Assembly: GCA_951406725.2 (NCBI GenBank)
Contig: OX597823.1
Span: forward strand, 70,432,001-70,496,000
Origin: Octopus vulgaris
Taxonomy: Eukaryota
Direction: 5' to 3'
DNA: 64,000 nt
Each line of letters opens with the position of its first letter. Position 1 is the first letter of the stretch. The translations under genes were made by a program, and so were the position numbers. Below are positions 1 to 11,100 of the stretch, in pieces. The notes beneath the pieces are model-generated. The model had not been told where the DNA came from. It searched no databases and saw only the letters and a program-made list of their open reading frames with translations.

Positions 1-229
1 ATTGTGTATCAATAGCTATCTTGATGGCGGTGGCCTCATGGAGCTGACCAGCGGCAGCGATTATTCTTATATCTATAAGAATGCCATACTAATATGGCGA
101 TAACAATTAATTTCCAGTAAACGCTGCCGTAATCTCTTTTATAGAGACTTAGTAATTTTAATATTTCTATTATATATATATATATATATATACATATACA
201 CTGTGCTCCCAGAACAACAGTTTCTGAGA

Positions 230-1700
230 CGAGCAGGTCTTTTTGCAAGTGATCCTGGTCTTTTGTTATCTCCTCCATGACTTTCAAGGTCCTGAGATCA
301 GCCTTCACCACTTCATTCCATGTCTTCCTGGGTATTGTTCTTCTGCATGCTCCATCTACATTAATTGATCAGCATTTCTTTATACAGCTGTTCCCATCCA
401 TATACATCATGTCTCTACCAGCAGTCTTCTTTTGCACACTACATCTGATTTCTCTTATGCCCAGTTTTTCACTCAACACTTTTATACTAAGTTGTTGATG
501 CACACTTATGTTGCACATACGGTAGCACTCTAGTTTCACTATTTTCCAGTCTTCTACATTCAAGGACCCTGTCTTATTACTATGCATCATTGCAGTTCTA
601 ATAGAAGTGTCATATAATCTACTTTTCACTATATGTGAAAGCATAGCTGTAGTAGTTCCCTGAATTTTTTACCAACCTGTTCTTACTTCACCTGCTATAT
701 TTTTAGAGTAATCACCTATTTACTTCTCCTAGGTAACAAAAGCTATCAACTACTTTTAGCAAGCCATTCAGGTATTTAAGAGAATCAATTTCCAGCCTGT
801 TCTCAGTAAGTATTGCTTTAGTGCATGCCACATACAAAGCTTACTGTCTCTGTAGTTTACTTGCGATTCCACCACTTTCCTATATTTTGTGTGTCTGTAG
901 CTTACAATGGCTGCAATATAGGAATTTTATATTCCTCTTTTCTGTATATTGAGTGAAACCATTTCCTTGAAGATACAAGAACCCTGTCTTCTGTGTTGGG
1001 AACTATGTCACCAGCATATAGTAGTGTCCATAGACTCCCAGTCTTAAACTTATTTTTCATGGCTTGTAGGACTATGATGAATAAGAGAGGACAGAAAATT
1101 GAGCCTTATTTGACTCCTGCCATCACATTAAATTCATCACTGAAATTGTTGTTGACTCTGATTTTACTTATCTGCATCTTTGTACATAGCTTGAACAACC
1201 ATCATAAACCATTTGTCTGCATCTAGTTTCCTTAGTGAGTAGCAATTAATGAATGCGGTACCCTGTCAAACACCTCCAAGTCAACAAATCCCAGGAATAG
1301 TGGTCTATTCTCCTGCTGCTGCCTCACTAGGCAGATTGCCAACATAGTATCTCTTCTGGGAATGAAGCCAAACAGTATCTCACCTAGGTCTACTCTGTTG
1401 TCGATCAATTGTGCTATGATTCTCTAATGACCTCAATAACCTGATCCAGTGGTTTGATCCTCCTGTTATTTCTTCTCTCAAAAGCAGCTCTTTTGCCTTT
1501 GTAACTGTTTAGAATGATACTGCAGTTTAAATTATTGGGTATGACACCCTCATCTATAACTTGGATTAACTATCTGGGCAGTAACTATGTATCCTACTTT
1601 GTCAGATATTTTGAGCTTCCTTACAGCTATTTCTGATGAACCTACAGCTTTCCCTCTCTTCATGTCCTTTATTGTTAATGTAGTCTAAGTATAGTCTCAT
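230..1700 (-). mobile_element. Degenerate RTE-clade LINE (RT and 3' region)
   Basis: Frameshifted RT-like fragments (GFIP.R.T, VDLE..FD, EKLGIREIRCSVQ); homologous pieces at about 14790-16150, 31020-31520, 38880-39970 and 59610-59950. Confidence 0.75.
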
Positions 1701-1715
1701 AGAAGAGACCCTTTT

Positions 1716-2282
1716 TGTCATGCAGTCAACCTTGACTATGGGATGAAAGCGAGATAAATGTTTCTGTTGAGTTATCTGGAACGTGTTTCATCTTTACCCT
1801 ATAATAGAAAGCAAGGTTTACGATATCGGAAGAATATCGTCTCCTTCCATCATCTTTTTGTTCATTAAGTAGTTCAGGCTTCCGGCAGGCGAAGAGAGAA
1901 GACTTCAAGTACAAATGCTATTTACAACTGGTTTATTTACAGGATTCACAGGATAGGTGTAGTGTGCTGCTCTCAGCTACCATCTTTAGCTGTATGCATT
2001 GTGTAGTAGCTCTGTTAGTGCAGGCAGGCGCATTGCCTCTGGAGATACAACCTACAGACAGGTCCAGCCAGTAGGGGTGTTCAGCCAGCACTGCTGAAAG
2101 GCGGTGCCATAAAGAGAGAGATTCGAATCGGGTTTTCCCTTTATATAGTTTCCCATCACAAGCCTCGTTGTGATCTCGTGCATGGCAAATGGATGCAGGT
2201 GAGGTCTCGCTCCAGTCTCGGAGATGGCAATGGCTGCCTCGAGATCTCATCCAATATGGTGCTGACTGCTTGTACTGCTACA
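1716..2282 (-). mobile_element. Solo-LTR-like element, copy 1
   Basis: TGT...ACA ends with imperfect inverted termini; minus-strand TATATAAA (~2140-2147) and AATAAA (1932-1937); homologous to 52381-52830. Confidence 0.55.
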
Positions 2283-2840
2283 ACCCTATTACACATCCTC
2301 ACTACCTCAATTACTTTATTTCTCAGCTAACAGTATGCTGTCTTCTACTGTAAGCCCTAAGCCAACCAAAGTCTTTTGAGTGGATTTGGTAGATGGAAAC
2401 TGAAAAAAGTATACCATGTATATGTTTGTGTGTGTGTTATCTCTCCTTGTCTTGACTTCGTATGATAGCTGTAAATAAATGTCTCTGTCGTGCAAGCAGT
2501 ATCCTTCTTTTCTAATCTTGCATAGAAACATGTCTGATCATGGTGAAAATGTTATCTTACTTGGAAAGAGATAGGAAAGGCATCTGGCTGTAGAAAATCC
2601 ATCTCAACAAATTCCATCCAATCCATCCTATGGAAGTATGGAAAAGTGGACATTAAATGCTAATGAATATACTCACTCTTTTACCTTATAATGAGTGCCT
2701 GTTTTTCTTAACTTGGATTTTAAAACCCCTGTGTGTGTGTGTGTGTGTGTGCATGCGTACATGTGTATTTGCAGCTTCCCTGGCCAGGTTGGGTCCTATT
2801 GTTAGTTACACTTGAAATTGTTTCATATGTTAATCAAAAA

Positions 2841-3681
2841 GGATCTTTACCTTTTGACCAAAAGATTTTAAAAATAATTTTTTGTAACTACACACTTTCA
2901 AATTTTGTATACTGGTAGAATGTGTCACATAAAACATCTTTTACTCTTGGAGTTGTTGAGAAAATTCTGTATTTTGGAAGTTATTTTTTGTTAAAGTTGT
3001 CATATTTCGGTAATTTCAACCAATCAATGACGTGTATTCAGCTGAATAAAATTACTGCTGTTGTTTGTCAACAACAACTTCTGGCAGTGTATATTTCGTT
3101 TGTCACTGTTATTTATGAAATATTTAATCTCAGTTACGTTTTATATGAATAAACAAGTGTATCTGAAGCATGTTTACTTCATGGCACCATCATAATCGTT
3201 CGTGCTTCATTTAAAATTTTTTTCTGTAACTCTAACTCTAAAACCCTAACCCTAAAATCCTAACCCTAATCCTAAAACCCTAGCCCTAACTCTAAAACCC
3301 TAACCCCAAAACTCTAAAATCCTAAAACCCTAGCCCTAACCCCAAAACCTTAACCCTAAAACCCTAACCCTAAAACCTTAAAGCTAAAACCAGTACAAAC
3401 GCACGAACGATGTCATAAATAACAGTGACAAACGAAATATACACTGCCGATAGTTTTTGTTTTATTCAGATTTTATTCAGCTGAATACACATCATTGATT
3501 GGTTGAAATTACCGAAATACGACAACTTTAACAAAAAATAACTTCCAAAATACAGAATTTTCCCAACAAAGCCAAGAGTAAAAGATGTTTTATGTGACAC
3601 ATTCCACAAATATACGAAGTTTGAAAGTGTTTAGTTACAAAAAATTATTTTTTAAATCAGTCGGTCAAAAGGTAAAGATCC
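2841..3681. mobile_element. Foldback/MITE-type DNA element with ~270-bp TIRs and an internal telomere-like repeat core
   Basis: Ends GGATCTTTACCTTTTGACC...GGTCAAAAGGTAAAGATCC; 8-bp TSD ATCAAAAA/ATTAAAAA; core of CCCTAA/CCCTAAAA units. Confidence 0.85.
3226..3390 (-). repeat. Interstitial telomere-like array (TTAGGG mixed with TTTTAGGG variants)
   Basis: aaaccctaaccctaaaatcctaaccctaatcctaaaaccctagccctaac... Confidence 0.9.
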
Positions 3682-3772
3682 ATTAAAAATTTTATTCAAA
3701 ATCTATATATTGGATCCCATAAAAAATGGAACAGTTACACTAGCTAAGTTAAACTTGATTAAACAGTAGGTT

Positions 3773-4262
3773 CAGGTGTGGCTGTGTGGTAAGAAGTTTG
3801 TTTCCCATCCACATGATTCTGGGTCCGGTCCCACTGCGTGGCTCGTCTTGCATGTGCCCTCTACTAAAGCCTCAGGCTGACCAAAGGTTTGTGAGAGGAC
3901 TTGGTAGATGGAAACTGAAAGAAGTCCGTCGTATACATGCATACATACATACACGCACACATACTCACATATGTGTGTCTGTGTTTGTGTCCCATCACCA
4001 TTTGACAACTGGTGTTGGTGTGTTTACGTCCTTGTAACTTATCTGTACCAGACTTAAAAACAACTAAGTACTGGTTGATTCGTTCGGCAATAATTTGTAG
4101 CGTGTATTATTTCAACGAGTGAATACACAACGTATGTTATATAATGGTATGCAAGATTCCGTAGTAAAATCAAAGGAGACTATAAACCAAACCAGCGAAA
4201 AATTCTTCAAGGCGGTGCCCCAGTATGGCCGCAGTCTAATGACAGAAACAAGTAAAATTTAG
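3773..4262 (+). mobile_element. tRNA-derived SINE family A (octopus-type), with ~110-bp internal insert
   Basis: Head GTGGCTGTGTGGTAAG...GGGT(T/C)C(A/G)GTCCC, internal microsatellite, tail GA(A)ACAAGTAAAA. Confidence 0.85.
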
Positions 4263-4795
4263 AAACATAACAACACTGTCCCAAAGTTCAACGAAGCGAC
4301 GCAGGTAATTACCCTTAAGAAGTGTCACCTGATGCATAAACTTCAAAGTAGTAACATATTTAATTCATACGTTTCCAATGCTAACTTGATATTTCACTCA
4401 TAAATAATAAATTATCATCGAAGCGTCAACTCATAAATAAAAATAAAAAAAAGTAAAAGATAAAAGAAGAATTCATTTCGAAAACTTGTGATAATTATGT
4501 TTAACTTGAACAGAGTGTTGGATACTATCTAAAAAGAAAGAAAAATTTGCATACTTGCTCTTCTTACAGTGAAATAAAGAGACTTCGCTTAACGAACACC
4601 GGTAAGTTGCTAGAGAGATCGATTTTCAAATATTTTTTAGCGAGCTTAAATTTGAAACGAAGCGTAAATTAACAAAACTGAATTTATCTCGCCTTCAGAC
4701 AGGACTGTAAACAATAAAGTAAAATTATGCATGGAAATAACTTAGTAAAAACCGTTATAATACAAAAATACATATAACAAGAACAGACTGTACCT

Positions 4796-4813
4796 GTTGC
4801 TAGGTAAACAAAT
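4796..4813. promoter_or_regulatory. RFX X-box (GTTGCTAGGTAAAC) overlapping a forkhead motif (GTAAACAAA)
   Basis: Near-palindromic GTTGC-TAG-GTAAAC about 230 bp upstream of the ATG; a second TGTAAACA at 4706-4713; region is free of recognisable repeats. Confidence 0.65.
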
Positions 4814-4985
4814 AACTTTATTTTGTTAGTATTCATTCGCAAATTATGTAAGTTTTCATTTGATTATATATTCTATTTATGATTAATAAATAAAACTGAA
4901 GTACACTTTTCAATCGTAGCTTTGTTTAATGTTTTCCAGTTATTAGTGTCAAATATTAGCACTTGTTAAAGTGCACTACATTTGT

Positions 4986-5033
4986 ATGCGCACTGATTCA
5001 ATGTCTCACATTGTTGTTACCTTTGTATATTAA
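4986..5033 (+). other. Upstream ORF (MRTDSMSHIVVTFVY*) ending 2 nt before the MAPK15 ATG
   Basis: ATG 4986 to TAA 5031-5033, downstream of a candidate acceptor ttttccag|4940. Confidence 0.4.
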
Positions 5034-5035
5034 AA

Positions 5036-5101
5036 ATGACAGCCGATCTAGAAGCACACATTACTAAGAAATATGATATAAAAAAACGGCTTGGTAAAGG
5101 A
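5036..5101 (+). CDS. MAPK15: MAPK15 coding exon 1 ([22 protein letters not shown])
   Basis: ATG at 5036 in AAAAATGA context; donor GGA|GTAAGT at 5102; phase 0. Confidence 0.93.
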
Positions 5102-8100
5102 GTAAGTTTTTAAAAAATTAATTCAAATAATGTTTTTAATCGGTTAAACATTTTTGTGTGTGAATCTATGAAAATTTCTCTTTTGTTTATTTTTGGAAGA
5201 TGTTCAAAAGAAAACAAAATTGTTCTACAAGACCATCAGGCAACAACTTGGCAGTCACCTGCTGAACTTGTGAAACATCATGCATACTCTTACTGTCCCA
5301 CATACTTTGATTTATCATTTCTTATTTTACTTATTTTCCTAGATATTGCAGGTTCTCGACTTACTCTCACAATTTTAATTAGAGCACTGAAAATATAATG
5401 ACATTCTTTAAACAAAAGTAATAGTTTTGTCTAATCGATCAGAACGTCAATAATTTTATGTGGTTTGGTAGAATTGTCACAGCGTCACATAAACTGCTCT
5501 GCTGTTGTTAGTATCACTTCTTTAGGTCCTGAGTTCAAGTCCGTCCAAAGTTAACTTTACCTTTCATTCTGACATCGATGATATAGATCAATAGCTCTCA
5601 TCAGGGGTCCTTATGATCCTTGCGGGGTCCATATCAGATTTTGTTGTTAAAATGTATGTGCTGTAAATCGATTAAGCCTCTGCAATATACAAAATGTTTT
5701 AACAATTTTTTTTTATACAGTTCCGTGTAATATTTAATTATAGGGATGTAATAGGATTAAAAAGAAAACTGAATGAGTACGAGGGTCCAGTGGGGTAAAA
5801 AAAAAAAATCAAAAGGAGTCCAGAGGAAAAAAAAAGGTTAAGAAACACTGATATAGAGTACCAGACAAGTAGCAGCTGGTGCTGTTTATATTCCAATAAG
5901 GTATCACAGATGTGAATGGAATTGAAAAGGAACCAGCATCATTCATTATTGGAATGTAATACCTTGATGCTATTTTGGAAGATATGCAGATTATTGGTAT
6001 TATACCTTTCACATAAATTGACACTTATTATTTATTTCCTGAATGTTGATTTCCTTTTTTTTTTACAATTTTCTAGTTGAACTACCACTACTGGGTCATT
6101 CAAGTGAAATTCAACTAAGGTCCCTTGTGAATGTTCTTAAATTTTTTTCAAATTTACGCCATTTATTAGTATGTATGAAAGGAGCGATTCCTGAAAAGTT
6201 TAGCCCCTTAGCTGTTACCATTCAGATTTTATTATCATTTAAAGTTTTAAGAAATTTCCAAAATTTTTGAAATATTGAATTTCTTTTGTTTTTAGGGGGC
6301 CAATCGTTCCAAATAGGTTTGATACCTTGGAGAGTTTCTTTAATCCCCGCCATCTCAAGTCCCTTAGACACTAAACATCAATTCTTTTGACTCAGCTAAT
6401 GTAGAAAAATACCAACCAAAAATTGCAAAATTTCATGTTTTGGGATCTGTTTATTAAAAAGTTTAGGCAGCTATTACTTAATAAGAGCAGTTGATGAGCA
6501 TCCCATCCACTGGTGTAGCTAGAGTGTGTGCTGCCCGGAGTGGCCTTCCATTTGCTGCCCCCTGACCCCACAAAAAAACACATTGTCTACAGCAGACCCA
6601 AAAGTGCCACCTGGGGTGGACCCCCCACCACCACCTCCAGCTATGCTAGTGATCCCATCTTCTCTAATCTTACAGTAAGGTCTGAAATCTTAACAGAACA
6701 CATAAATTCACTTACTGAAATGCTTGATTTCTTATGCAATAATGAGATCAAAAACAGGACAAAATGAAAAAGCTCAGTTGAATATATATAAAACTATATA
6801 TAGTCTGAAAATGCACCTGATGGTGATTATAGAAATGTAAAACTGCTGCATTTAAATCTACTCTAGATATCAATTTTCATCCCCTGAAGATGAAGGTGGC
6901 TCAAAATCGAAATTCTTATTTTTGTGGGTAGTTTAGAGTAGTTTAGACCTCAATGTGTGACAATTAGAAAAATTTTAAAACCTGAAAATCCTAGGACATT
7001 GACCTTTTGATTATACAACAATAAGAATGTGATTGGCAAATGGAGCCATATACTTTTATTATGCTTTTATGGATTCATGGGCTGAAGCACAAGAAATCTA
7101 CTAGTCCCAATCCAAAAGCTTAATTCAAAACTTATGAAAACAAGACATTTGTACTCAGAGCCAGAGCCGGTTTCAGCCGGGTTGGTAATGAAAGGGTTAA
7201 ATAATCCACATCAATGTACCTACCTATCTTCCCAAATAACTACAGTTCTTCAGATAGCACTTTCTGCCCTTCCACACAATCACAATCAGATGATAAACAA
7301 TCTCCAGTTGCATACATACCATTATTGCAAGACAAATACATCAATGAATAAAGTGAAAAACACTTTCACAAACTTCTTTCAACAAGAAAGATATTTCAGA
7401 AAAGCAGGAACTCAAAAATTTTAAAGTCTAACATTGTTATAAGCATATATCTGATAGAATTATTGCACTCACAGTCCCAAATCTGCAGAATTTTAAAGCT
7501 CAATAAAAATTAACCCATCATCTTCTGATGTACATTTTCATAAATCCTAGAAAAATTAATTCTTGTTATAATCAACATATTTCTTCCATCAACTCACCTT
7601 ATGATTTTAGATCATTATACTTAACTATCACACTAGATACCTTCTAAGGTATCTTCTTCGGTCATGCTGACTCATAAGGGCCAGCATATTCTCCACATGG
7701 ATGGGACACTGGTCCATCACAAAATTACTCATTTTTGTCAGCTGAGTGAACTGGAGCAATGTGAAATGCAGTGTTTTGCTCAAGAAAATGACACGTCACC
7801 CAGTCCAGGAATCGAAACCACAATCTAATGATCACAAGTCTAACACCCTAACCACTAAGCCACATGCCTCCATCCACTAGGTACAAACCTCGCACGATCA
7901 TGACATGATGTCTTTTGCCAGTTAAAAAAAAAACCTCACCATACATCAACTTAACTACTCTTGACCTTGAGAGAGCTTTCAACTGTAATTCTTCATATAT
8001 ACAAAATATTAAACATCTTAAACTTAAAATGCTATCCAACAAACAGTCCTTCAGATCACCAATTTTATGTAGTAGAGTACAATACATCTAGAATATGTAG

Positions 8101-11100
8101 TTTGTAAAATGGTATTTCCTAAATATTCTTCCTCTTGACCTTTCCACACCTTCTCAAGCTTATATGCAGGTAACATTACAGGCTCACTCTTCTACCATTC
8201 ACCAAACCACTGTTCTAATCCTCCCTCAATTACCTAGAGTTAAAACAACAATTTTTGTATAACTACTCACAAAATTCGCCATCTTTCTTACTAGAACACA
8301 TAAAATACATCTGATTTTTATACAACAGAAACATAACACTTGCATGAAAAAGAATTACAGGAATTACAAGAAGGAATTCCTCACTTTGTGAAAGTAATGT
8401 ATTCCTGAAAATCTGGCTGTGACATTAACCCTTTAGCATTTAAACCTGCCATATCTGACCCAAATATTCTCCCGGTTTTATGTTTTAAACTGGCCAGATC
8501 TGGCTTTGCACACTTATCCTACAATGTCATTCTAAGAATAAGCAATCACATCCTCAAAATTTCAATACTATGATGTCTTTGCATGATTAATTCAAAACAA
8601 TTTGATTATATGAGCATTACATTTGACAATAATCTGAATACTAAAAGGTTAAATCCCATAACGCAGAATTAATTTTCCTGTTGATTTTCATGTTAGTAAG
8701 TGAAATTGTGTTCCTACAAACTTTTTTGAAATAAAGCACAAGAAAACAACCCAGAAAAAGTTACAGGATCAAGTTTATACAAGAAAATAACAATTTCTAA
8801 ACAGACACAGTCATCATCGTTTAACTTCCACTTTCCATGCTGGCATGGGTTGGATAGTTTGACAGGAGCCGGCCAAGTAGAAGACTCTATCAGGCTTCTG
8901 TGTCTGTCTTGGCATGGTTTTTATGGCTGGATGCCCTTCCTAATGCCAACAACCTCACAGAGTGGACTGAGTGCTTTTTACGTGGCACCAGCGCAGACAA
9001 GGCAAGTTTTGGCATAGTTTTTCCAACTGGATGCCCTTCACTTCACATTGTGGACTGGATGCTTTTTAAGTGGCATCAGCACCAACAGAGTCACTGACTA
9101 ACTTGCAAGACAAAGAATGTTTGAGAGGTGTGGGGGCATCGGAGGAGGAGATCTTGTGTCAGATGATGAAAGGTTAGAGTGTGACAGAGAGACAGCGAGG
9201 CAGAAACATGTGTCTTGCTGTAGATGAGTACATGGTTGTTACCGAAGCAGAGAAGGAGAGAGAGAGAGAGAGAGAGTACAATATAGATATATAAAAACAA
9301 AGACATTTCAAAAGGATTCATCATCATCATCATGAATAGGGAATTAATATGAATCATAATATAAGAGTATGTTTTACCACAAAAGATGTTGTCTACTATG
9401 TGAGGGACAGTAGTGGTGGAATGAGCTTTACTAAGAAGATGAGAGACAATATTTACCATCTTGTAGTTCATTATCACCAACTTGAGTTTGAGAGGTGAAG
9501 AACTTATCCAAAGCTGCTCGTTGTTTATGATGTATCATCTCTTTGTACAGCTCCATGTAGGAACAGATTTCATTGTAAACTCCTCTTGTAATTTTTGTTA
9601 TGTCCAAAATTAGGCTCATTAGCAGCAAAAATCTGCCAACCTTCCTCTATAAGTGCCAATCCTTTGGCAGTAATTTTTGTAGTCAATTTAAGTGGTGTAG
9701 GTGGAACTTCCATTGTCCCATCTGTATTCTCAGCTTGTTCTTTTTCTAACTGTATCAGCTCTTAATTGGATAAACTTTTTCTCTGGAATACTTTGCAAAC
9801 CAATCACATAATCTTCTATGATTTCCTCAAATCCTACATCCTTTGGAAATGTCACAATATCTTATTGAATTTATGTAGACTTTCTGCTTGAAAAAACCTT
9901 GTAATGTCACAGATACTGTCTTGCCATATATTTTCCAAAGCATTAGTCAAAGTTGAAGGTTTAACTATCCTATTCTCACATTATTGAAAGGTCAATTAAG
10001 TGCACTGGGTGGCTTGGTGCATTGTCTAAAGGAAGCAATGCTTTGTTGAAAATATATCTAACATTGTGCCTTTTTACAGCAAGACAAAAAATCATTTGTA
10101 AACCACTTTTTGAAAAAGGCTCTTAGCTATCCATACCTTCATACTGAATGCCAAATCAGAGGTAGATTAAACTCTGTGTAATCTTCGAAAACTCTTGGAT
10201 TTTCGGAGTGATGCATGAGTAGGAGCTTTAAATTCATTTCACCAGTGACATTTCCTCCCAAAAGAAGTGTCAGACAATTTTTGGAAGCTTTAAAACCTGG
10301 TGTTGATTTTTCTTCTTGAGAAATAAAAGTTCTTGCAGGCATGCTCTTCAAGAAAAGTGCAATTTCATCAGCATGGTATATTTGCTTTGGGTGTGTACTC
10401 CTTTTCTTCAACTGCCCAGGATAATGAATAGCAACCTCTGTATCAGCACTCACAGTTCCACCAGTCATTTTTATGTGGTGCAAGGTAAGTAGCTTGCTTG
10501 CCAACCACATGGTTCCGGATTCATTCCCACTGTGTGGCACCTTGGGCAAGTGTCTTCTATAGCTTTGGGCCGACCAAAGCCTTGTGAGTGGATTTGGTAG
10601 ATGGAAACTGAAAGAAGCCCATCACATATATGTATGTGTGTGTCTGTGTTTTTTTCCCCTAACATTGCTTAACAACCGATGGTGGTGTGTTTACGTCCCT
10701 GTAAAATAGCGGTTTGGCAAAGGGATCGCTAGAATAAGTGCTAGGCTTCCAAAGAATAAGTCCTGGGGTCGATTTGCTTGACTAAAAGGTGGTGCTCCAG
10801 CATGGCCGCAGTCAAATGACTGAAACGATTAAAAGATAAAAGAAAGATAAAGATACTTCTTAAACCTCTCAAACCAGCCTTTACTATCCAAAAAGAAGTG
10901 ATTTGTTACCTTAAAAACCCATGTAATTTACACATTTTTTCGCAAAAATAAAAATAAACTTTAGGGGTGTGTAAATTACATGAATAGATTATTTCTAGAA
11001 TTTTTAAAGTTTTTTTTTTGTTGAAAAAACAAGTACAAAACATAAACATTTGTTCTGGAAGTTGATTCATTTAATGTCAGAATAGCTTTTTACAGAAAAA

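Noticed and set aside
1726-2250. Minus-strand ORFs of 62 and 105 aa as genes
   Set aside because: They lie within the LTR-like repeat and have no recognisable domain or splice context.
3226-3390. Telomeric array as a chromosome end or fusion scar
   Set aside because: It has a single orientation, is degenerate, and is enclosed by TIRs with a TSD; the same junction occurs in a second element copy.
4540-4700. Divergent minus-strand gene from a bidirectional promoter
   Set aside because: Only a weak donor-like AA|GTATGC; no supportable minus-strand coding exons in 1-4500.
6815-6915. CTGATG..GAAA and CTGAAGA..CGAAA hammerhead-like motifs
   Set aside because: I could not find convincing stems I-III; likely chance matches or too decayed to call.
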